Shown one piece after another: positions 1-8,559 of a stretch of 64,000 bases of DNA; the first letter of the stretch is position 1; every line of letters begins with the position of its first letter. The position numbers and the translations under genes are program-made. The stretch is from the NCBI GenBank assembly GCA_050246755.1, contig JBFWVL010000006.1, positions 155,743 through 219,742 of the forward strand, given 5' to 3'. This DNA is from Bacteriovoracia bacterium. Its GTDB lineage: Bacteria; Bdellovibrionota; UBA1018; CAIPTA01. Below the pieces are notes generated by a model. It did not search any database and had not been told where the DNA came from. It worked only from the letters and a program-made list of their open reading frames with translations.

Positions 1-104
1 AAGCGCGTATTCAAGAAATGGAACAAAAATATCCGGGCCTTCCCAAAATCGAGATTTTAAAAAAACTCGCCTTTGGGGATACGGAAGAAAGGAGGGCTGC
101 ATAG
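1..104 (+). CDS. 3' end of an upstream ICE gene (possibly VirB4-like ATPase), partial
   Basis: Open frame ARIQEMEQKYPGLPKIEILKKLAFGDTEERRAA ending TAG at 102-104; identity guessed from position only. Confidence 0.45.
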   Translation, partial: ARIQEMEQKYPGLPKIEILKKLAFGDTEERRAA

Positions 105-188
105 CCTTTCACTTAGGAAAAATAGGGCTTGTTCTTGCGCTATTCATCGGAGGCCAGCCCGCGAGGGCCGACCTCTTTGGTGGTGACG
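101..188 (+). CDS. Exon 1 of intron-split VirB5/TrbJ-like secreted transfer protein (signal peptide + DLFGGD)
   Basis: AGGAGG at 90-95, ATA at 101; reads (M)AFHLGKIGLVLALFIGGQPARA-DLFGGD; joins exon 2 in frame as D-V-A-V-L-T-Q-I-L. Confidence 0.75.
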
Positions 189-807
189 GCGTGCCAAGAA
201 ACGCACGCGTGTAGGTGGTTGAAATGTACCACCCTCAGAAATTGGCCATTTATCTGAGTAGCTACCATGACGGCGTAGGCCGCAAGGCGGGGAAAACCCC
301 TTCTACGTCGAAGCTCATGGGAAAATGGAGTGTTCAGGTGGCTTCGGTTTTGCTCGAAAGAGTGAGCCGTTGTCCGTCTCTGTCAGGAACACCCGCAAGT
401 ATCCAGGCCGCAACGAAAGTGAACCGCTGTCTAAGCGTCGTAACCAAAGCCAACGATCGTACAGAGTTTGTTGGTGATAGAGAGGTCGAGCCGGTCGTCT
501 CCTGGCGAAGACTAAAATCAGTGTGGAAGCAATGGTCGAATGCACACACTGGCTCTCTCGGCGTTAAGGCGGGCGGCATGGATACATACACGCATGCGCA
601 AACTTGGGATCTCCCTAGCGGTCCTAGTAGCACAATCCAGTGCGACTGGGAAGTCCGACGTATAAGCACACAGTGCGAAAGCGAAGGAAACGCCGTTTTA
701 GGGAAGTCGGATGAGGCAATAGTAGTGATGATGCCGAGGACATTACAACCTCGGCGGAGCGAAGTGCCTCTGCTTTTGAATACGTTTCCTCAAAGAAAGG
801 GGGATGC

Positions 808-2139
808 ATGATTGTCCAAAAGACTGAAAACGTGCGTGAGCGAAAGCTCACCAAGTCCCGCCTTCTGCAAAGGAAACTTTATTGTGCGGCCAAGGCCGAC
901 GGAAATCGTCGCTTTGGCATTCTGTTCGATAAGGTCTACCGCTGGGACATCCTGGAAGTGGCTTGGAAAATGATCCGAGCCAACCGGGGTGCATCCGGCA
1001 TAGACCGGCAGTCCTTCGATGACATCGAAACGTATGGTGTCGAGAAGTTCTTGCGGGAACTCCAAGAAGAGTTGCAATCGGGGAAATACCGTCCACAGCC
1101 AGTGCGACGAGTGATGATCCCGAAGGCCAATGGCAAATCGCGTCCGCTGGGAATCCCCACGATCAAAGATCGTGTGGCCCAAATGGCTGTGAAACTTGTC
1201 ATTGAGCCGCTCTTCGAAGCAGACTTTCAAGACTTCTCGTATGGGTTCCGTCCTCAACGGAGCGCCCACCAAGCAATCAAAGAGGTACGCAAGTACATCA
1301 ACTTTGGTTGCGAACATGTCATCGAAGTGGATCTTAAGTCCTTCTTCGACAGCATACCGCAGGACAAGCTGATGGATTTAGTTGCGCGTCGGATCTCTGA
1401 TCCGCGCGTGCTGAAGATCATCAAGAGCTGGTTAACTGCGGGTGTTGCGACAGAAGCCGGAATTACTCGCTCGGTGATTGGGACTCCGCAGGGAGGTGTG
1501 ATCTCGCCGTTACTGGCCAACATCTTCTTGAATGAGTTGGATCGTGAGTGGAGCAAACGGGATTATGCAACTCGCAAGTGCGATGCGCATTTAGTCCGCT
1601 ACGCCGACGACATGGTCGTCGCGTGTAAGTGGCGCCCGGAGTTCTACTACAAACAACTCATCGAGATCTTGAACACTCTTGGGGTGGAGGTCAACGCGGA
1701 GAAAACCCGCGTTGTACACGCGAGCGAGGGATTTGACTTTCTCGGCATTCATTTCAGGTTGGCCCCGTCTTATGCGGGCAAGATGAATTGCTATTACTGG
1801 CCATCACACAAGTCGGTTACGAACTTCAAGAAAACGATTCGCGAAATGGTGAACAACCGTTGCGCCGTCGATTTTGAGAAGATCATCGTGGCCGTCAATC
1901 CTGTGATCAGAGGCTGGGGCAATTACTTCGCCATCACGAATGCCGGAAAGTGCATGTGGGACTTAGATCGTTTTATCTGTGAGCGGTTTAACCGCGTTAT
2001 CGCACGGGCCCGTAAGGTCCGTGGAGCTCATCAATCCGTTATGAGTGCAAAAGTTTTGTACGAACAATTTGGATTGATTGATCTTTACGGCCTAGCGAAG
2101 AAGGAGGCTGAATGCCGCACAATGAATTTCAATCGGTAA
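808..2139 (+). CDS. ltrA: Group II intron reverse transcriptase/maturase
   Basis: NRGASGID, RPLGIPTIKDR, SYGFRP, GTPQGGVISPLLANI, YADD, FDFLG, NPVIRGWGNYF motifs; 443 aa with no HNH domain. Confidence 0.96.
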   Translation: MIVQKTENVRERKLTKSRLLQRKLYCAAKADGNRRFGILFDKVYRWDILEVAWKMIRANRGASGIDRQSFDDIETYGVEKFLRELQEELQSGKYRPQPVRRVMIPKANGKSRPLGIPTIKDRVAQMAVKLVIEPLFEADFQDFSYGFRPQRSAHQAIKEVRKYINFGCEHVIEVDLKSFFDSIPQDKLMDLVARRISDPRVLKIIKSWLTAGVATEAGITRSVIGTPQGGVISPLLANIFLNELDREWSKRDYATRKCDAHLVRYADDMVVACKWRPEFYYKQLIEILNTLGVEVNAEKTRVVHASEGFDFLGIHFRLAPSYAGKMNCYYWPSHKSVTNFKKTIREMVNNRCAVDFEKIIVAVNPVIRGWGNYFAITNAGKCMWDLDRFICERFNRVIARARKVRGAHQSVMSAKVLYEQFGLIDLYGLAKKEAECRTMNFNR

Positions 2140-2286
2140 GCCGTATGAAGGAAAACTTCACGTACGGTTTGACGGGAAGGGATTGGAAATCTGTCTACGA
2201 TTTGGTTAATAAGTCACTCCGCAACCGAAAGGGCGGAGCAACAGGATACCAAGTCTACGAGATAAGGCGCCAATTCTTTACCCTAC
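2138..2286 (+). ncRNA. Group II intron catalytic domain V and extended domain VI
   Basis: AGC triad and CGTACGG stem; GGGAAGGGATTGG pairs with CCAATTCTTT(A)CCC; terminal AC. Confidence 0.9.
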
Positions 2287-2885
2287 TGGCGGTGCTCACT
2301 CAGATTCTCGCCGAGAGCATCAAGCAGTATTACCAGCTTAAAGAAATCATCGGCCAGGGCCGCGATCAGGCGGATTTTTTGCGAAACCTCAATTCCGGTA
2401 TTGAAAATTCAATCGGCCTTTTGCAATCGCTCCCCGTAAGGGATGAAAAAATCCTCGCCGAGCTGCGGGAATTTCAAGGGGCACTGAAAACCATTTCGGA
2501 CGTTTATGGGATTATCCCTAAGAGCCGCGAGGCGACCATGCAGGCCCTTCACGATCAAACGATTGCGGAGAGCCTTCGCATGATTACTTCGTTTAAGGAG
2601 TATTCAGAAAAGCAGGAGGAAAACTCCATCATGATCGCGGTGCAGAGCCGGGAGGCGTCGCCCAAGGGAGCGGCCCGGATGCAGGCCGAGACAAGCGCGG
2701 AGATTCTGCGCAGCCTCTCGCAGCTCATTCGGCTAAATACGCAGATGCTCAAGATGCAAAGTGAGCAATTTGCCATGCACAACAAAATGGGTAAAGACAG
2801 CGTGGGGAATTTTCAGCGTGTGAATCAAGACCTGGGCCGCAGCTTCCAGGGCTTCAAGTCGGAAATGGGACTCGTTAAATTCTAG
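2287..2885 (+). CDS. Exon 2 of VirB5/TrbJ-like transfer protein (spliced product about 228 aa)
   Basis: Helical Gln-rich sequence (AVLTQILAESIKQYYQL...ASPKGAARMQA) directly upstream of a VirB6-like gene. Confidence 0.75.
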
Positions 2886-3875
2886 GTGTTCGACTACCTC
2901 CCCGAAGTGGGAAGGCAGCTCCGGGGCGAGCTGATCGGGGTATATTGGACCTTGCTCGTCCCGTTTGTTGTACTTCTGATTATCCTGGAATTTTTCAAAG
3001 AAGAACCGCCAAACGTAAGAGAGATTTTTCGCAGAGTCGTTATTTCGATTATCATGCTCTATTCGTTTGATTACGTTATCAGCGCGATTGCCTTGGTTGG
3101 TGACGGGATCACGGAACGGATCGACGGGATTCAAAAGCTCTGGGACGTGATGAAAAATCTAGGGCCGAATTACAACAATTCAACCGGCGACTGGTTTAGC
3201 CTAAGAGAAACTGCCATCTACTTTTTCGGTATCGCGGCCTATATCATTTCCTACCTTGGATTTTTTGTGGCCACGGCGTTGATTCATTTCGTGTGGACGG
3301 TTCTCTATATTTGCTCGCCCTTGATGATTCTTATGTACGTCTCGAAGGGCACGGCCTACGTCACAAAAAGCCTTTACACAGGGTTGATCCAAGTCGTGAC
3401 CTGGAAAGTGCTCTACTCGATTCTTGGGGTCTTGCTTTTGAAGCTCGCTATGAATCCGCAAGTGACCGGCATGGAGGATTACCTTATGTCGATCATCATA
3501 AACTTGTGCATTGGGGTTTCAATGCTCTTTATCCCGTTCGCTACAAAATCGTTCCTCAATGATGGATTGCAAGGCGCGGCCTCCGCACTTGCGGCAGTGC
3601 CGACAATGGCGGCGGGTGTAGCAATCAAGGGTGCGGCATTGGCTGCGAGTAAGAAGCTCGCCGCGAAAGGCATGGCAGCAGGCAATTTCTTAAGCCTTCC
3701 TGCGCAGAACTGGACCGGAGCCAAGATCGACAAGATGCGAGCGCGGTTTAGCCCTGCTATCGCAAAAGCACAGAACATGAAGCAGCAATGGAAAGATTTG
3801 GGACTAGCGACAAGAACAAATGCCTTTGGGCATAGTGAAAAAATAAGGAGAAATAGAGATAGAAGCAAAAAATGA
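2886..3875 (+). CDS. VirB6/TrbL-like polytopic inner-membrane T4SS protein
   Basis: 5-6 hydrophobic segments, SPLMIL motif, Ala/Gly-rich basic tail; GTG start abutting the upstream stop. Confidence 0.7.
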   Translation: MFDYLPEVGRQLRGELIGVYWTLLVPFVVLLIILEFFKEEPPNVREIFRRVVISIIMLYSFDYVISAIALVGDGITERIDGIQKLWDVMKNLGPNYNNSTGDWFSLRETAIYFFGIAAYIISYLGFFVATALIHFVWTVLYICSPLMILMYVSKGTAYVTKSLYTGLIQVVTWKVLYSILGVLLLKLAMNPQVTGMEDYLMSIIINLCIGVSMLFIPFATKSFLNDGLQGAASALAAVPTMAAGVAIKGAALAASKKLAAKGMAAGNFLSLPAQNWTGAKIDKMRARFSPAIAKAQNMKQQWKDLGLATRTNAFGHSEKIRRNRDRSKK

Positions 3876-4455
3876 GGAAAGAAAGCCCGTTGACCAGTGG
3901 CTTGCACTCAATCAAATGCTGCACCTTCACCGCGCCTTGAATTTCGTGGCGGGTGGCGTGGTCGCGGTGTTGATTGGAGTGATCGTAATGATGGCTTTCC
4001 AATCGCCGCTGGTGATTTTGACGAGCAGCCAGGAAAAGCATTACTACCAAACGGAAAGAAAGCCCGACACCATCACGGAAAAGGACGTGGAGAATTTTGT
4101 CCGTGATTTTTTGGAACAGCTTTTTACCTGGGACGATCTTGCGCCGGAGGTGATTCTAAAGCGGGTTACGCCGCTTGTGACCTCCGGCCTGCTTGATCGC
4201 ATACGGCAAGAGCTGATCCAGAAAACGCAGAAGGACTTTAAGGGAAAAACCCTTTCGCAAGAGATCGTGGGCGTGAAAATCCAAGTCACGCCCAAGGAGG
4301 TGATTGCTTCCTTTGACAAGGTTTTGAAGATTAACGGCGTGTCGCTCGTGATCCCCACGCAAATGGCGTTTAACATCATTGGCGGCGGCTCTACCCGGTG
4401 GAATCCGATGGGCCTTTACGTCAACGGCCTCACCGAGCACGAAGGTCGGAATTAG
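3859..4455 (+). CDS. VirB8/TraE-like bitopic T4SS protein (start ATA 3859 or ATG 3916)
   Basis: Single TM then VENFVRDFLEQLFTW and C-terminal RWNPMGLYV, typical of VirB8 folds; AAGGAG 8 nt before ATA 3859. Confidence 0.7.
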   Translation: MEAKNEERKPVDQWLALNQMLHLHRALNFVAGGVVAVLIGVIVMMAFQSPLVILTSSQEKHYYQTERKPDTITEKDVENFVRDFLEQLFTWDDLAPEVILKRVTPLVTSGLLDRIRQELIQKTQKDFKGKTLSQEIVGVKIQVTPKEVIASFDKVLKINGVSLVIPTQMAFNIIGGGSTRWNPMGLYVNGLTEHEGRN

Positions 4456-5167
4456 TGCCCTAATTCTGGCTTTGGCCTGTCTGCTTCCTTTCAAGGCGCA
4501 GGCAGGCACGGTGCGAACGATTGGCGTAAGCGATAGCGCCATGACGCCGATTTATCTAAAACGTGGGAAATCAACCGTGCTGCGGTTTACCGACAAACCT
4601 AGAAAGGTCGTCGTTGGGAATCAGAACTATTACAGCATCGAGTTTATTGAGAACGATCTGGCAATCCAGCCGCTAGGCAGTGTGGCAACGAATCTCTTTG
4701 TCTATACGGAGAGCCGCACCTATGGGTTTTTGCTGACACCGGGGGAACGCTACGACGATTTGGTTTTTGTGCGCTGGAAGTTTTCGGGCGAAAGGATCAA
4801 GGGAAGCGAGAAGGCCCTGCCCGAAAAGGAGAGCCACCCCCATCTTTCCTTTAAGATCGGAAAGGCCTTTAAGGTCACGGTTGAGAGAGTGAAAACCCAA
4901 AGCGCCCTTGGGCTTCACCTGATTGACTGCATAGTGGAAAACACCGGAAAAGCGGAAATTGCGCTTTCAAAGGCCGCGCTTCAGGCGATGCGCCGAGGGG
5001 CCAGGCTCGATAAGCAGGAAGTGGTTTTTGAGAAGGACAAGCTAAAGCCAAAAGAAAAATCAAAGGCTCGGCTTGTCCTGAAGCTCGATAAAAAGGCCGA
5101 CTTCACTCTCGAAGGAAAATTCGGGAGTGAAAGCGGCAAGGTCATCTTGGGCCGCAAATTCCTGTGA
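4439..5167 (+). CDS. VirB9/TrbG/TraK-like periplasmic T4SS protein (probable ACG or ATT start)
   Basis: Signal peptide (M)KVGISALILALACLLPFKAQA; STVLRF...VVVGN...LAIQP...TNLFVYT pattern. Confidence 0.7.
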   Translation, partial: TKVGISALILALACLLPFKAQAGTVRTIGVSDSAMTPIYLKRGKSTVLRFTDKPRKVVVGNQNYYSIEFIENDLAIQPLGSVATNLFVYTESRTYGFLLTPGERYDDLVFVRWKFSGERIKGSEKALPEKESHPHLSFKIGKAFKVTVERVKTQSALGLHLIDCIVENTGKAEIALSKAALQAMRRGARLDKQEVVFEKDKLKPKEKSKARLVLKLDKKADFTLEGKFGSESGKVILGRKFL

Positions 5168-6129
5168 ATAAGATAAAGCAGGCTTTGCGGTTCGGTTCGA
5201 TCAAGAAATCCTTTCGCAAATTCTTTCTCGTCAAGGATGGCGGGAAAGAGGTTTTGCGCATCAAGCGTACGATGCTCGTTGTGGCGCTAGTCGTGCTCAT
5301 TGGCGTGGGCGTAACGCATATCTTTAGCGACCAAGACGATACGAGTTTTTTTGGAAAGACGGATAAGCCAATCGTGGCAAATGAGGAAGCGCCGGCCACT
5401 GATCCCAAGGCGGCGGGCACGGTCGGAAGTCTACTTAAAAACTCGGAATCAAAGGGCACAAGGAGCCGAGCGCCCCGCCGTGAAGGCGGCGGCATGAAAA
5501 TCAACTATCGCGCCAAGCAAGTTCTCGTAAGCGAGGGTGCATTTGATTCGGCTAGAACGATCCCAATGGGAACGAACCTCATCGGAAAGACGCTTACCAC
5601 GATTGACACGAGAGACGCCAATCAACTGGTTAAGGTTCTTTTGCCTTATGGCGGCCGGTTTTCTGGCGGAGGTGAGATCCCAAAAAACTCGATTGTCTTT
5701 GGACAAGTGAGCTATGGAGGAAAAGGCAAAAAGGTCTTTATCAAGTTTAGCAAAGGCATTCTCCCAAGCGGAGAGGAATTTCCTATAGAGGCGCAAGCCT
5801 TAAGCTCCGGTGATTACTCGCCCGGCGTCTCTGGCCGTTTTCACGGCAATGCGGATTTGCGGATCGCCTCTACCTTGGGGCTTACGATGGTGGCCGGTAT
5901 GAGCGACGTTTTGACCGAAAAGGAATCTCTTGGCGGGAGCGCCCTGCAATCGGGATCGGTCACGCCGAAAGCGACCATGAAGAACGCCATCATGCACGGT
6001 GTTTCTCAAGTTGCGCAATCGGAAGCGCAAAGACAGGCCGAAGAGATCGGCAACGAGCAGGAATATGTCACGGTGGATGCTGGGACGGATTTGATCGTGA
6101 GCCTTTTGAGGGCTTTTGTTGAGCAGTGA
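5164..6129 (+). CDS. VirB10/TrbI-like T4SS core protein
   Basis: N-terminal TM, flexible linker, IPMGTNLIG..., EIPKNSIVFG and C-terminal VTVDAGTDLIV motifs. Confidence 0.75.
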   Translation: MNKIKQALRFGSIKKSFRKFFLVKDGGKEVLRIKRTMLVVALVVLIGVGVTHIFSDQDDTSFFGKTDKPIVANEEAPATDPKAAGTVGSLLKNSESKGTRSRAPRREGGGMKINYRAKQVLVSEGAFDSARTIPMGTNLIGKTLTTIDTRDANQLVKVLLPYGGRFSGGGEIPKNSIVFGQVSYGGKGKKVFIKFSKGILPSGEEFPIEAQALSSGDYSPGVSGRFHGNADLRIASTLGLTMVAGMSDVLTEKESLGGSALQSGSVTPKATMKNAIMHGVSQVAQSEAQRQAEEIGNEQEYVTVDAGTDLIVSLLRAFVEQ

Positions 6130-7627
6130 ACGCCCCAAGAATAGCGGAAACAAGAATTTAGAAAATCTGGTGATTGGCCTGGGCAAGATCGCCTGGGGCA
6201 TTTCGCGGATTTGCTGGCACGGGTTTAGCCGGACGATGTTTAAGAAAGTAGAGGGATGCCTTTCCTTCCTGCTCCTTGCCCTGGTGCCTCTTGTGCTCGT
6301 GTATTGGGATTGGGCGCATCTTCACCTTCTCCATTGGATATTCCCTTCGGTCTTTTCCCTTGGCGTGGTTCGGTTTTTTGTCGTTCATGTACCTCAGTTC
6401 GTTCAGTTCTTGCTCTTGGCCGGGGCCTTGATTGTGCCCCTCGGTGTGGCGCTTGGGTTTGTTCACTTCTTTCAGGTGTTGAGGTTTCAGCGGGATTTGC
6501 GGCTGATCGACCTTAAATCCGCGACAGGAACCGAGCCGAAGGTGGTTGATGTGGAAACGCCCGAGCCATTTAAGAAGAAAATCACCCTGGCAAGCCAGGG
6601 GATCGGTCTTGACCGCTACTTGAGCAAGAAATCGGATTTGGAATCAAGTTTCGGCGCTATCGTTGAAGAAATCCATGTCTCTCCCAAAAGCCGAAAGCTC
6701 ATCGAGATTAGGCTGGCCGAGAAGGAGTTGCCAAAACTCGTTAGCTACCAAGATTGTGTTTCTGCGCTCACGGAGCCCCATTCCTTCCTCATTGGGGAAT
6801 CCTTGGGTGGCGTGATCGCGCAGACTATTCGCTCGCTTCCCCATCTTTTGATCGCGGGAACGAGCGGAAACGGGAAAAGCGTGTTCTTCAATCAGACCTT
6901 GATTAGCTTGATAAGAACCTCGCCGCATATCCAGCTCTATCTCTTGGATCTGAAGTTGGGCGTTGAAGTGAAGGCTTATAGCGGTCTTCCTAACGTGCGG
7001 ATCGCAAAAGACGCTGACGAGGCGGTTACGCTTTTGCAAGCTGTGGTGAAAGAGATGATGGCGCGGTTTACCTATTTGGAAAAATCGGGGCGCAAGCTCA
7101 TTGACCCCGTTCGTGATGGCCGGGATTTGATCGTGGTCGGCGTGGATGAGGCATCCGTGCTCTACAAGAAAAAGAATGGTGATCGGGAGGCGAACGAAGC
7201 GACCAATCGCGCCCGAGAGCTGACCGATGAAATCACGAAGCTGGGCCGAGCTGCCGGGATTCACCTGATCGCGGCCACGCAAAAGGTGACGACGAAGACC
7301 ATCGAAACCGACGTGCAAGAAAACATTGGTGGTCGCATTTGCTTTCGCGTGGGGACACTCCAGGGATCAAACACGGTGCTGGGGAATAAAATGGCTTACG
7401 AGCTTCCCGATATTAAAGGGCGAGCCATTTGGAACTGCGGGAACGACTTTATCGAAGTGCAAACGCCCTTCCTCTCTGAATCCATGATCGAAAAGGAAAT
7501 TTCTTCGATTCAGGCGGATTTTTCTTCGGGCGCACGGAAATGCCTTCAGGCAATGGTGGCGGATAAGAAAAAGGAAAGCGCGAAGGCCGATGAAGTGCAG
7601 GATCAGGTTATTGATAGTGCCACGTAA
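6116..7627 (+). CDS. FtsK/SpoIIIE (TcpA-like) membrane ATPase, probable coupling protein
   Basis: N-terminal TMs; PHLLIAGTSGNGKS (Walker A), DLKLGVE, VGVDEA (Walker B), LGRAAGIHLIAATQ. Confidence 0.88.
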   Translation: MLSSERPKNSGNKNLENLVIGLGKIAWGISRICWHGFSRTMFKKVEGCLSFLLLALVPLVLVYWDWAHLHLLHWIFPSVFSLGVVRFFVVHVPQFVQFLLLAGALIVPLGVALGFVHFFQVLRFQRDLRLIDLKSATGTEPKVVDVETPEPFKKKITLASQGIGLDRYLSKKSDLESSFGAIVEEIHVSPKSRKLIEIRLAEKELPKLVSYQDCVSALTEPHSFLIGESLGGVIAQTIRSLPHLLIAGTSGNGKSVFFNQTLISLIRTSPHIQLYLLDLKLGVEVKAYSGLPNVRIAKDADEAVTLLQAVVKEMMARFTYLEKSGRKLIDPVRDGRDLIVVGVDEASVLYKKKNGDREANEATNRARELTDEITKLGRAAGIHLIAATQKVTTKTIETDVQENIGGRICFRVGTLQGSNTVLGNKMAYELPDIKGRAIWNCGNDFIEVQTPFLSESMIEKEISSIQADFSSGARKCLQAMVADKKKESAKADEVQDQVIDSAT

Positions 7628-7630
7628 TCC

Positions 7631-8386
7631 GTGAGGCGAAGCAAAAAGCGGATCGTGCTAGTCGAGCGGGATAGGCTGCTTTTTACCAGGATTTTCGAGA
7701 ATCGGGTCATGTCTGCCGCGCAGATCGAGACGGAGTTTTTTTCTAGTGTGGCACGGCAGACTTTCGCCGCTCGCCTATTAAAGCTCACCCGTTATGGATT
7801 TCTGGATAGGAAAGTTGTGTCGCCTTTAGATGCCAAGAGCTATGCGGTGTATTCCATAACGCCGAAGGCGCTTGCGGTCGTAAAGGCGCGGTATCCTTTT
7901 CGGATCGTAAAGGACTATTGCAAGAGTGATTCCGTGGAGCATGACGTGGAGTTGGTAAACGTGCGAAATCGCCTTCGGGCGCTCCGCTCGGTAGCCGCCC
8001 ACTATACAGAGAATATGCTTCAGGCTTGCGAGGATTTCACTAACACGGATTCCTTGGCGGCGTTTAAGAAACAAAACACGGATGCGGCTCTGGCGATTAG
8101 GAAGAACGGAAAAATTACGGTTGTGGGTCTTGAATTTGAGAGAAGCGAAAAGGCTTTCGGTCGTTATACCAAAAAGCTCTTTAGCTATTACGCCGATTCA
8201 AGCACGGCGGTCGTTTTCTACGTTTGCCGAAGTCTTGCCATTCAACGGGTGGTCGCCCGCGCTGAGGCTTCCATTATGGGATCAAACCGCCCGCGCTGCT
8301 TCTATGCTCTTTTGGAGAATGTGCTGAAGCAGAGCGAGAAATGTACATTCAAGAATCTTAAAGGAGACACCATTACACTCGATTAA
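7631..8386 (+). CDS. Replication-relaxation (Replic_Relax / MOB-L-like) protein, candidate relaxase
   Basis: N-terminal wHTH (ERDRLLF...AAQI...RLLKL...GFL), EHD motif, PD-(D/E)XK-like D...LEFERSEK...RY; homologous to 46393-47184. Confidence 0.7.
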   Translation: MRRSKKRIVLVERDRLLFTRIFENRVMSAAQIETEFFSSVARQTFAARLLKLTRYGFLDRKVVSPLDAKSYAVYSITPKALAVVKARYPFRIVKDYCKSDSVEHDVELVNVRNRLRALRSVAAHYTENMLQACEDFTNTDSLAAFKKQNTDAALAIRKNGKITVVGLEFERSEKAFGRYTKKLFSYYADSSTAVVFYVCRSLAIQRVVARAEASIMGSNRPRCFYALLENVLKQSEKCTFKNLKGDTITLD

Positions 8387-8390
8387 ATGC

Positions 8391-8459
8391 TGTAAGTGGC
8401 CGCTTGCAAGTCTCCTGCTGGGCTCCTGCAACGGCAGGAGCCCTAAACTTGTAAGTGGT
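8391..8459. repeat. Inverted plus direct repeat cluster, candidate oriT
   Basis: Perfect 10-bp hairpin GGGCTCCTGC-AACG-GCAGGAGCCC (8420-8443) without a T-tail, flanked by TGTAAGTGG at 8391 and 8450. Confidence 0.45.
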
Positions 8460-8559
8460 TGGAATCAGGGGGTCGAAAAATGAATTTTAAAATGGAGTAT
8501 AGGGTTATGAGGATTTTGGTTTTTGTGACGAATGACGATGGAAAAACGAGGGAGAACGT

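Larger units (their letters stand above)
189..2286 (+). mobile_element. Group II intron (IIB-like, possibly bacterial class F), endonuclease-minus
   Basis: Encodes RT/maturase; domain V AAGCCGTATGAAGGAAAACTTCACGTACGGTTT at 2138-2170; domain VI with bulged A ending CCCTAC at 2286; removing 189-2286 restores the host ORF. Confidence 0.92.

Noticed and set aside
215-811. 198-aa ORF upstream of the RT
   Set aside because: Lies in intron RNA domains I-IV; no protein-like motifs
808-2139. RT as a retron, DGR, CRISPR-associated or defence RT
   Set aside because: Maturase domain, domain V/VI and restorable exons identify a group II intron; no TR/VR pair or cas genes seen
2112-2286. N-terminal part of ORF 2112-2885
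   Set aside because: Translation of intron domains V-VI that happens to be in frame with exon 2
4379-4438. TTG start at 4379 for the VirB9-like gene
   Set aside because: Deep inside the upstream gene and buries the signal peptide; not fully excluded
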